Source: Macrostomum lignano (lineage: Eukaryota). From it: a stretch of 64,000 nucleotides of DNA. The notes below the pieces were generated by a model. It had not been told where the DNA came from and did no database searches. It saw only the letters and a list, made by a program, of their open reading frames with translations. Within the stretch, counting starts at the first letter, position 1. Every line of letters starts with the position of its first letter. Made by a program: the position numbers and the translations under genes. Positions 35,451-49,509 of the stretch are shown in pieces. The stretch covers positions 124,001 to 188,000 of the forward strand of contig NIVC01000695.1 in NCBI GenBank assembly GCA_002269645.1. Reading direction: 5' to 3'.

Positions 35451-35884
35451 CAGCCTGCTTGACTTCTGGTTCATTGTTAATAAGTTGCTTTGCTTTTTGT
35501 TTGTAGATATTTGGTAATTATTGAAACTATAATTTTGTGTTTTTTCTGTCTGGCAATGAAAGTGTGTTAATCTAATTTAAGTTCGTGTTTCAGCGAAGGA
35601 ATTGTGCAATAATTTAATATTCATATTTCTATTATGGTACTGTAGTATTTGTATAAACAATGCTATTATATAACTGTCAATCTAGTCATGCAAGCCTACT
35701 AATTGTTATTTAATATGTGCAATTAATTTTATGTAAAATTATTGATATTATGCAATTCAGTTAGTGCAATTTGTTTTAATTGTTTCTTTTTTCAATGTTT
35801 CTTAGTGCAAATGTTGCAATGAAATTTAAATATATTATTTGGCTTGCTCAATGCGTTTTATTATTGTGATTTAAAGGCATTGGG

Positions 35885-36422
35885 TAGCTGAGGACCCGCT
35901 GAAGGAGCAGAGAGGGTGGCTGAGGACCCACTGAAGGATCAGAGAGGACGGCTGAGGACCCACCGAAGGATCAGAGAGGGTGGCTGAGGACCCACTGAAG
36001 GATCAGAGAGGACGGCTGAGGACCCACTGAAGGATCAGAGAGGGTGGCTGAGGATCCACTGAAGGATCAGAGAGGGTAGCTGAGGACCCACCGAAGGATC
36101 AGAGAGGGTGGCTGAGGACCCACTGAAGGATCAGAGAGGACGGCTGAGGACCCACTGAAGGATCAGAGAGGGTGGCTGAGGATCCACTGAAGGATCAGAG
36201 AGGGTGGCTGAGGATCCACTGAAGGATCAGAGAGGGTGGCTGAGGACCCACTGAAGGATCAAAGAGGGTGGCTGAGGATCCACTGAAGGATCAGAGAGGG
36301 TGGCTGAGGACCCACTGAAGGATCAGAGAGGGTGGCTGAGGATCCACTGAAGGATCAGAGAGGGTGGCTGAGGACCCACTGAAGGATCAGAGATGACTGA
36401 GGACCCGCTAAAAGGATCAGAG
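35885..36422. repeat. 32-bp minisatellite (GCTGAGGACCCACTGAAGGATCAGAGAGGGTG), ~16 copies, ending ~80 nt before the eRF1 ATG
   Basis: Visible array. Confidence 0.94.
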
Positions 36423-36500
36423 ACTGCGATTGATAGCCGAACATTCGAAGGTAAATACCCTCAACTATTCTATTGCATGTAGCAACAGCTTGTTGTTGTC

Positions 36501-36869
36501 ATGGCAACAGCACTGGCTGTCAATCAACCATCGGCTTTTTCAGCTGATTTTCGCAGCCAGGAACTGCAACAGCAGCAGCAATGGAAGCTGAAGCGACTCC
36601 TTCGCGCACTGGACGGAGTCCGTGGTCACAATGGCACCAGTCTGATCACCCTGCTGGTGCCGCCGCGGCACCCGTTGAGTCGGCCCGCCAAGCTGCTAGC
36701 TGAGGAGATTGGAGCAGCTGGGAACATTAAATCGCGTGCCAATCGACTGGCTGTGCTGTGGGCCCTGGCCTCGGTGCAGCAGCGTCTGAAGGTGTACAGT
36801 CGGGTGCCAGACAATGGCCTTGTGATCTTCTGTGGGACTATTGTCACGGAGGATGGGAAAGAGAAAAAG
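36501..36869 (+). CDS. ETF1: Divergent eukaryotic release factor 1, exon 1 (N domain: GTS, NIKS)
   Basis: [53 protein letters not shown]; AAG|GTTGGG. Confidence 0.93.
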
Positions 36870-36904
36870 GTTGGGTTAGAGTTCTTATTGATGTTAATAT
36901 ATGT

Positions 36905-36980
36905 AGCTCATATGTATCGATAATTTACGAAAGAAGCCGATATGTATCGATAATTTACGAAAGAAGCCGATATGTATCGA
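36905..36980. repeat. 29-30-bp minisatellite (AGCCGATATGTATCGATAATTTACGAAAGA); resumes at 51417-51716 on the far side of the Helitron-like array
   Basis: Joining 36980 to 51417 recreates the intact unit TATGTATCGA|TAATTTACG. Confidence 0.9.
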
Positions 36981-37960
36981 CAAGCTGTTGAAACCCGCGG
37001 ATTTTGAACCCGGGGAATTCCAATCCCCGGAACTACTTTTGCATGTATTCTGAAATCTAAGGTCATACACAAACAAAAACTTGTTAATAGTTAGTAGAAT
37101 AGAGGTAGACATAAAATGGACACATTCGTGTAAAATTAGGATTTGAAGCAAACATTGATATTGTTGGCTGGGTTACTTCACAGAATGTCAGGCAATGTCT
37201 GTCTGACTCTAAAACATGTATTGGCAAACTCTGGCCTCTCCCTGACTCTCACTATGTCCCTTGGATCCTTTAAAATTTCTATCGTCTCTTCAGTTTCCTC
37301 TCTTCTCTCTCGTCCCTCGTCTCTCCTCTCTCTTCTCTCCTCTCCTCTCTCATATCTTCCCTCATCTCTCTTCTCTTTCATCTCTCTTATCTCTTGTCTC
37401 TTCTCTCTTCTCTCCTCTCTCCTGTCTCCTCTCTACTTTTCGTTTTCTCTCTCCTCTCCTCTCTCCTCTCTACTCTTTCGTTTTCTCTCTCCTCTCCTCT
37501 CTCCTATCTTCTTTCGTATCTTCCCTCATCTCTCTTCTCTTTCATATCTCTTATCTTATCTCATCTCTTCCCTTTTCTTTTCTCTCTCCTCTCCTCTCTC
37601 CTCTCTACTTTTTCGTTTTCTCTCTTCTTCTCTCTCTCCTCTCTCCCCCTCTTCTCTCGTCTCTTCCTTCTCCTCTCTATTCTTTTCTCTCTTCTCTTAA
37701 CTCTCTCCTCTCTCTTCTCTCCTCTTTCCTCTCTCTCTCCTCTCTCCCCTCTTCTCTCGTCTCTTCTTTCACCTCTTTCCTCTCTCTCTTTCCTCTCATC
37801 TCTTTTCTTGTTTTATCTCTTCTCTCTCCCCTCGTCACTCGTCTCTTCCCTCACCTCTCTTCTCTCTTGTCTGCGTTTTTATCTCTCCTTTCTCTTCTTT
37901 TATCTTTTCTCTCTTATCTCTTCTCATTTCTCTCTGCTCTGCGCTCTCTCTCTCTCTCTG

Positions 37961-38050
<90 letters not shown>

Positions 38051-40720
38051 ATCTCTCCTCTCCCATCCCTCTTCTACTCTCTACTCTCTCCCCTCTTCAT
38101 TCTCCTATTTCCTCTTCTCTCTCCCTGTCTCTCCTCTCTCCTCTAGTCTCTGTAATCTCTTCTCTCTTATCTCTCCTCTGTTCTCTCTACTCTCCCATCT
38201 CTCGTCTGTTCACCCTCATCTCTGCTCTCTCATCTGTCATCTTTACTCTCTAATACGTTCTCTCACTTATCTCCTCTGTACTCTTCTCTTTCACCTCTTC
38301 TGACTCCTCTCTTTCCTTACTCCTCTCTTCTATACTCTCTCTCCTCTAATATCTTCTCTCATCTCTCTGCACTCTCCTCTCACCTTTTTCATCTCTTATC
38401 TTTACTCTCTCATCTCTCCTTTCATTTGTCTCATCTCTACAATCTCATCTCTCCTTTCTCCCCTCTTCTTACATCCCTCTCTTATCTCTATTATCTCTAT
38501 CTCTTCTCTTCTCACTCTTCTCTCCCCCTCTTATCTTCTCTCTTCTCTATCCTTTCTACTCTCTCCTCTCCTCTTGACCCTCTGTCATCTTCTTTCTGCT
38601 CTCTCATCTCTACTCTTTTCTCACTCTTCTCTACTCTCCTCTCATCGATCCTCTGTCTCATCTCTCCCCTCTTCTCACCTTTACTCTTTCCTCTCCCTCC
38701 TTTCTCCCCTCCTCTCGCTTCTTCCTCCCTTCTTCTCTGCTCTCTCCTCACCACTTGTCTCTTCTCTTATCTTCCATGTTTTCTCTTATCCCCGTCCCGC
38801 CTCTCCTCTCTTCTAATAGTCTATTCCTTCTCCTTTCCACTCTCATCTGGCCCGCACATAAGCTGGATTCTTTATCTGGCTTTTGAAGTAAAATCTGCCG
38901 ATCACTGCTTCGAAAGCCAGTTTGTGGGACGTACTACTCTCATCGTTATTCTCATGCTTTGATCACGTCATCTTTCTTGCCAATTTGCAGCCCTGAAAGG
39001 AATTTGTGTATCTTCAGCTCCACTGCAGTCTGCATCAGTCTAACAACCAAGGAAATACGCATTTCTTAGGCCATTTAAATTTCAAAGTACTTTTAAGAGA
39101 AACTTAAAATTTCCATGGTGTGCCTAATTTAGTAGGGTTGTATTTCATTGCATCGCATCGCCTTTTCATAAATCTTTCGCTTTTACAAACCATGCTGGAT
39201 TCCCTCGATTTGCCAATTGCCATCCACTGTTAAACTGCTGCAGAGTTTGCCAATACAGAGGGGAGGGCAGTGGTTAGAATTTCTCACTAAACTGTTATGG
39301 CTAAACGTAGCCTCTCCACTCTCGGGGTGCAGAGAAGGCTATAAATAAAGTTATTCCAAAACACTGTACATTTGCTATGTACATTCAGTCCTATCGCCTG
39401 ACCCTTCGTCTGGCTCTGGGGGAATGAGTGAGTGAGTAGCAAAAACAACAGAAAAAGGAGACAAACTTCACATGCTTACAGTTTCTTTTTCGGTTGAGTT
39501 ACAGAGTTGAAACTTTACATTTAGACAGAGAATGGGTCAATGAAGAATTGTGTCAAGTTTGAAGTTAATCGCTTTACGTGGAGCAAACTTATGGCAGCCG
39601 AAAGTTAGTCCATTTTGAAACCCTTTTACACATCTGGGCCGCCCAGATCGGGAAAGAGAGGCAGGCGGGCGGAGGTTGGGGTGGCTGTCTCGCTGACAAA
39701 AAACAGCCCAACTTTAAAAGTGCACAGCGCCGTTCAGGATTAACTTTGAGAATCGAAATTTTACACGATTGTGTCAAAATAGTTGAAAATTGTCTGTGTC
39801 AAATTTGAAGAGAATCGGTAGAAGTGGAGCGGCGCTATGGAGGATTAAGTGAAAAAATCGCGCATTTTGAGCAGTTTTTTGTACTTTTAGGTAGGAAGAC
39901 TCAAATTTAGGAAATTAAAAGGTAGCCTAAGACATTCTCCGTAGTAAGTTTAGGGTGGGTGTAAAGTTTGGTGTAATTTGGTTGAGCGGTTTGGGAGTCC
40001 ATAGCGATCAAAATTGTCCACACACAGACACACAGACAGACAGAGTTTTGATTTTTATATTTAGAGACAAGCTGTTGAAACCCGCGGATTTTGAACCCGG
40101 GGAATTCCAATACCCGGAACTACGTTTGCATGTATTCTGAAATCTAAGGCCATACACAAACAAAAACTTGTTAATAGTTAGTAGGATAGAGGTAGACATA
40201 AAATGGAGCACATTCGTGTAAAATTAGGGTTTGAGACATTGTTGGCTGGGGTACTGCGCAGAATGTCAGGCAATGTCTGTCTGACTCTAAAACATATTGC
40301 TAAACTCTGGTCTCTCACTGACTCTCCCTACGTCCCTTGGATCCTTTAAAATTTCTATCGTCTCTTTGTTTCCTCTCATCTCTCTCGTCCCTCGTCTCTC
40401 CTCTTTCTTCTCTCCTCTCTTCTCTCGTATCTTCCCTCATCTCTCTTCTCTTTTATCTCTCTTATCTCATCTCTTGTCTCTTCTTTTCTCTAGTCTCCTC
40501 TCTCCTCTCTACTTTTTCGTTTTCTCTCTCCTCTCTCCCCCTCTCCTCTCTCCTCTCACCCCCTCTTCTCTCTGATCTTCATTCTCCTTTCTATTCTTTT
40601 CTCTCTTCTCTTAACTCTCTCCTCTACTCTCTCATCTCTCCCCTCTTCTCTCGTCTTTGCTCTCTCATCTTTCCTTTCTCTTATCTTTTCTCTCTTATCT
40701 CTTCTCATTTCTCTCTGCCC

Positions 40721-40793
<73 letters not shown>

Positions 40794-43691
40794 GTCTTTC
40801 TCTCTTATCTCTCCTCCTCTCTCTACTCTCTCCCCTCTCCATTCTCCTCTTTCCTCTCCTCTCTCGACTCTCCTCACTCACTTCTCTACCTTTGTCTCTC
40901 CTCTCTCCTCTCGTCTCTGTAACCTCTCCTCTGTTCTCTCTACTCTCCCATCTTTTATCTGTTCACTCTCGTCTCTGCTCTCTCATCCCCCTCTTTAATC
41001 TGGCATCTCTGTCTTATATGTTCTCTCACCTCTCTCCTCTGTACTCTTTTCTTTCCCCTCTTGACTTTTCACTTTCCTTTCTCCTTTCTTCTTTTCTCTT
41101 CTCTTCCCTTTTCTATACTCTGTCTCCCTCTCTTCTCTCACTCCACTCTCCTCTCTCCGTTATCTCTCATCTCTCATTTCTCATCTCTCCTTCCACCTCT
41201 CTCATCTCTACAACCTTAGAGATGTAGAGATGTATCTTTATCTCTTCTCTCTTCCCTTTACTCTCTCATCTCTTCTTTCACCTGTTTCCTCTCTGCTCTC
41301 CTCTCTGCTGTCTCCTCTCTCCTGTCATCTGCAGCTCTCTGCTCTCTCATCTCGCTTTTCCTCTCTCCCCTCTTCTCCCCCTCTCTCTCATCATCCTCAC
41401 CCCTCATCCTCCTATTATCTTTTATCTTTTCTTTTATCCCCTCTGTCGCCTCTCCTCTCTTCGAATCGTCTATTCCTTCTTCTTTCCACTTTCATCTGCC
41501 CCTCAGCTATGAGCTGGAATGCTGGATTCTTTATCTGGCCTTTGAGGTAAAAGTCTGCCCATCCCTGCTTGGAAAGCCAGTTTGTGGGACGTAGTACTCT
41601 CATCGTTGTTCTCATGCTTTGATCACGTCATCTTTCTTGCCAATTTGCAGCCCTGAAAGGAATTTGTGTATCTTCAGCTCCACTGCAGTCTGCATCAGTC
41701 TAACAACCAAGGAAATACGCATTTCTTAGGAGGCCATTTAAAATTTACACACTACCTTTAAAAGAAACCTAAAATTTCCATGGTGTGCCTAATTTAGTAG
41801 GGTTGTATTTCATTGCATCGCATCGCCTTTTCATAAATCTTTCGCTTTTACAAACCATGCTGGATTCCCTCGATTTGCCAATTGCCATCCACTGTTAAAC
41901 TGCTGCAGAGTTTGCCAATACAGAGGGGAGGGCAGTGGTTAGAATTTCTCACTAAACTGTTATGGCTAAACGTAGCCTCTCCACTCTCGGGGTGCAGAGA
42001 AGGCTATAAATAAAGTTATTCCAAAACACTGTACATTCGCTATGTACATTGAGCCCTATCGCCTGACCCTTCGTCTGGCTCTGGGGGAATGAGTGAGTGA
42101 GTGGCACAAACAATCGAAAAAGCAAACTTCACATGCTTACAGTTTCTGTTCTGATTGAGTTAGAGAGTTGAAACTTTACATTTAGATAGAGAATGGGTCA
42201 ATGAAGAATTGTGTCAAATTTGAAGTCAATCGCTTTACGTGGAGCAAACTTATGGCAGCTGAAAGTTAGTCAATTTTGAAACCCTTTTACACATCTGGGC
42301 CCAGATCGGGATCGGGAAAGAGAGGCAGGCGGGCGGAGGTTGGGGTGGTTGCTACGCTGAAAAAAACAGCCTAAATTTAAAAGTGCACAGCACCACTCAG
42401 GATTAACTTTGAGACTCGAAATTTTACACAATTGTGCCAAAATAGTTAAAGATTATCTGTGTCAAATTTGAAAAGAATCGGTAGAAGTGGAGCGGCGCTA
42501 TGGAGGATTAAGTGAAAAAATCGCGCATTTTGAGCAGTTTTTTGTACTTTTAGGTAGGAAGACTCAAATTTAGGAAATTAAAAGGTAGCCTAAGACATTC
42601 TCCGTAGTAAGTTTAGGGTGGGTGTAAAGTTTGGTGTAATTTGGTTGAGCGGTTTGGGAGTCCATAGCGATCAAAATTGTCCACACACAGACACACAGAC
42701 AGACAGAGTTTTGATTTTTATATGTAGAGACAAGCTGTTGAAACCCGCGGATTTTGAACCCGGGGAATTCCAATCCCCGGAACTACTTTTGCATGTATTC
42801 TGAAATCTAAGGTCATACACAAACAAAAACTTGTTAATAGTTAGTAGAATAGAGGTAGACATAAAATGGACACATTCGTGTAAAATTAGGATTTGAAGCA
42901 AACATTGATATTGTTGGCTGGGTTACTTCACAGAATGTCAGGCAATGTCTGTCTGACTCTAAAACATGTATTGGCAAACTCTGGCCTCTCCCTGACTCTC
43001 ACTATGTCCCTTGGATCCTTTAAAATTTCTATCGTCTCTTCAGTTTCCTCTCTTCTCTCTCGTCCCTCGTCTCTCCTCTCTCTTCTCTCCTCTCCTCTCT
43101 CATATCTTCCCTCATCTCTCTTCTCTTTCATCTCTCTTATCTCTTGTCTCTTCTCTCTTCTCTCCTCTCTCCTGTCTCCTCTCTACTTTTCGTTTTCTCT
43201 CTCCTCTCCTCTCTCCTCTCTACTCTTTCGTTTTCTCTCTCCTCTCCTCTCTCCTATCTTCTTTCGTATCTTCCCTCATCTCTCTTCTCTTTCATATCTC
43301 TTATCTTATCTCATCTCTTCCCTTTTCTTTTCTCTCTCCTCTCCTCTCTCCTCTCTACTTTTTCGTTTTCTCTCTCTTCTCTCTCTCCTCTCTCCCCTCT
43401 TCTCTTGTCTCTTCCTTCTCCTCTCTATTCTTTTCTCTCTTCTCTTAACTCTCTCCTCTCTCTTCTCTCCTCTTTCCTCTCTCTCTCCTCTCTCCCCTCT
43501 TCTCTCGTCTCTTCTTTCACCTCTTTCCTCTCTCTCTTTCCTCTCATCTCTTTTCTTGTTTTATCTCTTCTCTCTCCCCTCGTCACCTCTCTTCTCTCTT
43601 GTCTGCGTTTTATCTCTCCTTTCTCTTCTTTTATCTTTTCTCTCTTATCTCTTCTCATTTCTCTCTGCTCTGCGCTCTCTCTCTCTCTCTG

Positions 43692-43783
<92 letters not shown>

Positions 43784-46451
43784 ATCTCTCCTCTCCCATC
43801 CCTCTTCTACTCTCTACTCTCTCCCCTCTTCATTCTCCTATTTCCTCTTCTCTCTCCCTGTCTCTCCTCTCTCCTCTAGTCTCTGTAATCTCTTCTCTCT
43901 TATCTCTCCTCTGTTCTCTCTACTCTCCCATCTCTCGTCTGTTCACCCTCATCTCTGCTCTCTCATCTGTCATCTTTACTCTCTAATACGTTCTCTCACT
44001 TATCTCCTCTGTACTCTTCTCTTTCACCTCTTCTGACTCCTCTCTTTCCTTACTCCTCTCTTCTATACTCTCTCTCCTCTAATATCTTCTCTCATCTCTC
44101 TGCACTCTCCTCTCACCTTTTTCATCTCTTATCTTTACTCTCTCATCTCTCCTTTCATTTGTCTCATCTCTACAATCTCATCTCTCCTTTCTCCCCTCTT
44201 CTTACATCCCTCTCTTATCTCTATTATCTCTATCTCTTCTCTTCTCACTCTTCTCTCCCCCTCTTATCTTCTCTCTTCTCTATCCTTTCTACTCTCTCCT
44301 CTCCTCTTGACCCTCTGTCATCTTCTTTCTGCTCTCTCATCTCTACTCTTTTCTCACTCTTCTCTACTCTCCTCTCATCGATCCTCTGTCTCATCTCTCC
44401 CCTCTTCTCACCTTTACTCTTTCCTCTCCCTCCTTTCTCCCCTCCTCTCGCTTCTTCCTCCCTTCTTCTCTGCTCTCTCCTCACCACTTGTCTCTTCTCT
44501 TATCTTCCATGTTTTCTCTTATCCCCGTCCCGCCTCTCCTCTCTTCTAATAGTCTATTCCTTCTCCTTTCCACTCTCATCTGGCCCGCACATAAGCTGGA
44601 TTCTTTATCTGGCTTTTGAAGTAAAAGTCTGCCGATCACTGCTTCGAAAGCCAGTTTGTGGGACGTACTACTCTCATCGTTATTCTCATGCTTTGATCAC
44701 GTCATCTTTCTTGCCAATTTGCAGCCCTGAAAGGAATTTGTGTATCTTCAGCTCCACTGCAGTCTGCATCAGTCTAACAACCAAGGAAATACGCATTTCT
44801 TAGGCCATTTAAATTTCAAAGTACTTTTAAGAGAAACTTAAAATTTCCATGGTGTGCCTAATTTAGTAGGGTTGTATTTCATTGCATCGCATCACCTTTT
44901 CATAAATATTTCGCTTTTACAAACCATTCTGGATTGCCTCGATTTGCCAATTGCCATCCACTGTTAAACTGCTGCAGAGTTTGCCAATACAGAGGGGAGG
45001 GCAGTGGTTAGAATTTCTCACTAAACTGTTATGGCTAAACGTAGCCTCTCCACTCTCGGGGTGCAGAGAAGGCTATAAATAAAGTTATTCCAAAACACTG
45101 TACATTTGCTATGTACATTCAGTCCTATCGCCTGACCCTTCGTCTGGCTCTGGGGGAATGAGTTGGATGAGCGGCAAACAACAGAAAAAGCAGACAAACT
45201 TCACATGCTTACAGTTTCTTTTTCGGTTGAGTTACAGAGTTGAAACTTTACATTTAGACAGAGAATGGGTCAATGAAGAATTGTGTCAAGTTTGAAGTTA
45301 ATCGCTTTACGTGGAGCAAACTTATGGCAGCCGAAAGTTAGTCCATTTTGAAACCCTTTTACACATCTGGGCCGCCCAGATCGGGAAAGAGAGGCAGGCG
45401 GGCGGAGGTTGGGGTGGCTGTCTCGCTGACAAAAAACAGCCCAACTTTAAAAGTGCACAGCGCCGTTCAGGATTAACTTTGAGAATCGAAATTTTACACG
45501 ATTGTGTCAAAATAGTTGAAAATTGTCTGTGTCAAATTGAAGAGAATCGGTAGAAGTGGAGCGGCGCTATGGAGGATTAAGTGAAAAAATCGCGCATTTT
45601 GAGCAGTTTTTTGTACTTTTAGGTAGGAGACTCAAATTTAGGAAATTAAAAGGTAGCCTAAGACATTCTCCGTAGTAAGTTTAGGGTGGGTGTAAAGTTT
45701 GGTGTAATTTGGTTGAGCGGTTTGGGAGTCCATAGCGATCAAAATTGTCCACACACAGACACACAGACAGACAGAGTTTTGATTTTATATTTAGAGACAA
45801 GCTGTTGAAACCCGCGGATTTTGAACCCGGGGAATTCCAATACCCGGAACTACGTTTGCATGTATTCTGAAATCTAAGGCCATACACAAACAAAAACTTG
45901 TTAATAGTTAGTAGGATAGAGGTAGACATAAAATGGAGCACATTCGTGTTAAAATTAGGGTTTGAGACATTGTTGGCTGGGGTACTGCGCAGAATGTCAG
46001 GCAATGTCTGTCTGACTCTAAAACATATTGCTAAACTCTGGTCTCTCACTGACTCTCCCTACGTCCCTTGGATCCTTTAAAAATTTCTATCGTCTCTTTG
46101 TTTCCTCTCATCTCTCTCGTCCCTCGTCTCTCCTCTCTCCTCTCTCCCCTCTTCTCTCGTATCTTCCCTCATCTCTCTTCTCTTTTATCTCTCTTATCTC
46201 ATCTCTTGTCTCTTCTTTTCTCTAGTCTCCTCTCTCCTCTCTACTTTTTCGTTTTCTCTCTCCTCTCTCCCCTCTCCTCTCTCCTCTCACCCCCTCTTTC
46301 TCTCTGATCTTCATTCTCCTTTCTATTCTTTTCTCTCTTCTCTTAACTCTCTCCTCTACTCTCTCATCTCTCCCCTCTTCTCTCGTCTTTGCTCTCTCAT
46401 CTTTCCTTTCTCTTATCTTTTCTCTCTTATCTCTTCTCATTTCTCTCTGCC

Positions 46452-46522
<71 letters not shown>

Positions 46523-49422
46523 CTTCTCTGTCTTTCTCTCTTATCTCTCCTCCTCTCTCTACTCTCTCCCTCTCCATTCTCCTCTTTCCTCTCCTCTCTC
46601 GACTCTCCTCACTCACTTCTCTACCTTTGTCTCTCCTCTCTCCTCTCGTCTCTGTAACCTCTCCTCTGTTCTCTCTACTCTCCCATCTTTTATCTGTTCA
46701 CTCTCGTCTCTGCTCTCTCATCCCCTCTTTAATCTGGCATCTCTGTCTTATATGTTCTCTCACCTCTCTCCTCTGTACTCTTTTCTTTCCCCTCTTGACT
46801 TTTCACTTTCCTTTCTCCTTTCTTCTTTTCTCTTCTCTTCCCTTTTCTATACTCTGTCTCCCTCTCTTCTCTCACTCCACTCTCCTCTCTCCGTTATCTC
46901 TCATCTCTCATTTCTCATCTCTCCTTCCACCTCTCTCATCTCTACAACCTTAGAGATGTAGAGATGTATCTTTATCTCTTCTCTCTTCCCTTTACTCTCT
47001 CATCTCTTCTTTCACCTGTTTCCTCTCTGCTCTCCTCTCTGCTGTCTCCTCTCTCCTCTCATCTGCAGCTCTCTGCTCTCTCATCTCGCTTTTCCTCTCT
47101 CCCCTCTTCTCCCCCTCTCTCTCATCATCCTCACCCCCTCATCCCTCCTATTATCTTTTATCTTTTCTTTTATCCCCTCTGTCGCCTCTCCTCTCTTCGA
47201 ATCGTCTATTCCTTCTTCTTTCCACTTTCATCTGCCCCTCAGCTATGAGCTGGAATGCTGGATTCTTTATCTGGCCTTTGAGGTAAAAGTCTGCCCATCC
47301 CTGCTTGGAAAGCCAGTTTGTGGGACGTAGTACTCTCATCGTTGTTCTCATGCTTTGATCACGTCATCTTTCTTGCCAATTTGCAGCCCTGAAAGGAATT
47401 TGTGTATCTTCAGCTCCACTGCAGTCTGCATCAGTCTAACAACCAAGGAAATACGCATTCTTAGGAGGCCATTTAAAATTTACACACTACCTTTAAAAGA
47501 AACCTAAAATTTCCATGGTGTGCCTAATTTAGTAGGGTTGTATTGCATTGCATCGCATCGCTTTTCATAAATCTTTCGCTTTTACAAACCATGCTGGATT
47601 CCCTCGATTTGCCAATTGCCATCCACTGTTAAACTGCTGCAGAGTTTGCCAATACAGAGGGGAGGGCAGTGGTTAGAATTTCTCACTAAACTGTTATGGC
47701 TAAACGTAGCCTCTCCACTCTCGGGGTGCAGAGAAGGCTATAAATAAAGTTATTCCAAAACACTGTACATTCGCTATGTACATTGAGCCCTATCGCCTGA
47801 CCCTTCGTCTGGCTCTGGGGAATGAGTGAGTGAGTGGCACAAACAATCGAAAAAGCAAACTTCACATGCTTACAGTTTCTGTTCTGATTGAGTTAGAGAG
47901 TTGAAACTTTACATTTAGATAGAGAATGGGTCAATGAAGAATTGTGTCAAATTTGAAGTCAATCGCTTTACGTGGAGCAAACTTATGGCAGCTGAAAGTT
48001 AGTCAATTTTGAAACCCTTTTACACATCTGGCCCAGATCGGGATCGGGAAAGAGAGGCAGGCGGGCGGAGGTTGGGGTGGTTGCTACGCTGAAAAAAACA
48101 GCCTAAATTTAAAAGTGCACAGCACCACTCAGGATTAACTTTGAGACTCGAAATTTTACACAATTGTGCCAAAATAGTTAAAGATTATCTGTGTCAAATT
48201 TGAAAGAATCGGTAGAAGTGGAGCGGCGCTATGGAGGATTAAGTGAAAAAATCGCGCATTTTGAGCAGTTTTTTGTACTTTTAGGTAGGAAGACTCAAAT
48301 TTAGGAAATTAAAAGGTAGCCTAAGACATTCTCCGTAGTAAGTTTAGGGTGGGTGTAAAGTTTGGTGTAATTTGGTTGAGCGGTTTGGGAGTCCATAGCG
48401 ATCAAAATTGTCCACACACAGACACACAGACAGACAGAGTTTTGATTTTTATATGTAGAGACAAGCTGTTGAAACCCGCGGATTTTGAACCCGGGGAATT
48501 CCAATCCCGGAACTACTTTTGCATGTATTCTGAAATCTAAGGTCATACACAAACAAAAACTTGTTAATAGTTAGTAGAATAGAGGTAGACATAAAATGGA
48601 CACATTCGTGTAAAATTAGGATTTAAAGCAAACATTGATATTGTTGGCTGGGTTACTTCACAGAATGTCAGGCAATGTCTGTCTGACTCTAAAACATGTA
48701 TTGGCAAACTCTGGCCTCTCCCTGACTCTCCCTATGTCCCTTGGATCCTTTAAAATTTCTATCGTCTCTTCTGTTTCCTCTCTTCTCTCTCGTCCCTCGT
48801 CTCTCCTCTCTCTTCTCTCCTCTCTTCTCTCATATCTTCCCTCATCTCTCTTCTCTTTCATCTCTCTTATCTCTTGTCTCTTCTCTCTTCTCTCCTCTCT
48901 CCTGTCTCCTCTCTACTTTTCGTTTTCTCTCTCCTCTCCTCTCTCCTCTCTACTCTTTCGTTTTCTCTCTCCTCTCCTCTCTCCTATCTTCTTTCGTATC
49001 TTCCCTCATCTCTCTTCTCTTTCATATCTCTTATCTTATCTCATCTCTTCCCTTTTCTTTTCTCTCTCCTCTCCTCTCCTCCTCTCTACTTTTTCGTTTT
49101 CTCTCTTCTTCTCTCTCTCCTCTCTCCCCCTCTTCTCTCGTCTCTTCCTTCTCCTCTCTATTCTTTTCTCTCTTCTCTTAACTCTCTCTCTCTCTCTTCT
49201 CTCCTCTTTCCTCTCTCTCTCCTCTCTCCCCTCTTCTCTCTCTTCTTTCACCTCTTTCCTCTCTCTCTTTCCTCTCATCTCTTTTCTTGTTTTATCTCTT
49301 CTCTCTCCCCTCGTCACTCGTCTCTTCCCTCACCTCTCTTCTCTCTTGTCTGCGTTTTTATCTCTCCTTTCTCTTCTTTTATCTTTTCTCTCTTATCTCT
49401 TCTCATTTCTCTCTGCTCTGCG

Positions 49423-49509
<87 letters not shown>

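Noticed and set aside
34245-35517. Long periodic ORFs (MAGIDRGVK, SIYPCHFDS) and similar ones at 3483-4106, 16187-16942, 29926-31479, 55287-56900 and 57422-58556
   Set aside because: Open in several frames on both strands simply because the repeat unit lacks stops; they lie in introns or intergenic minisatellites and have no credible splice or start context.
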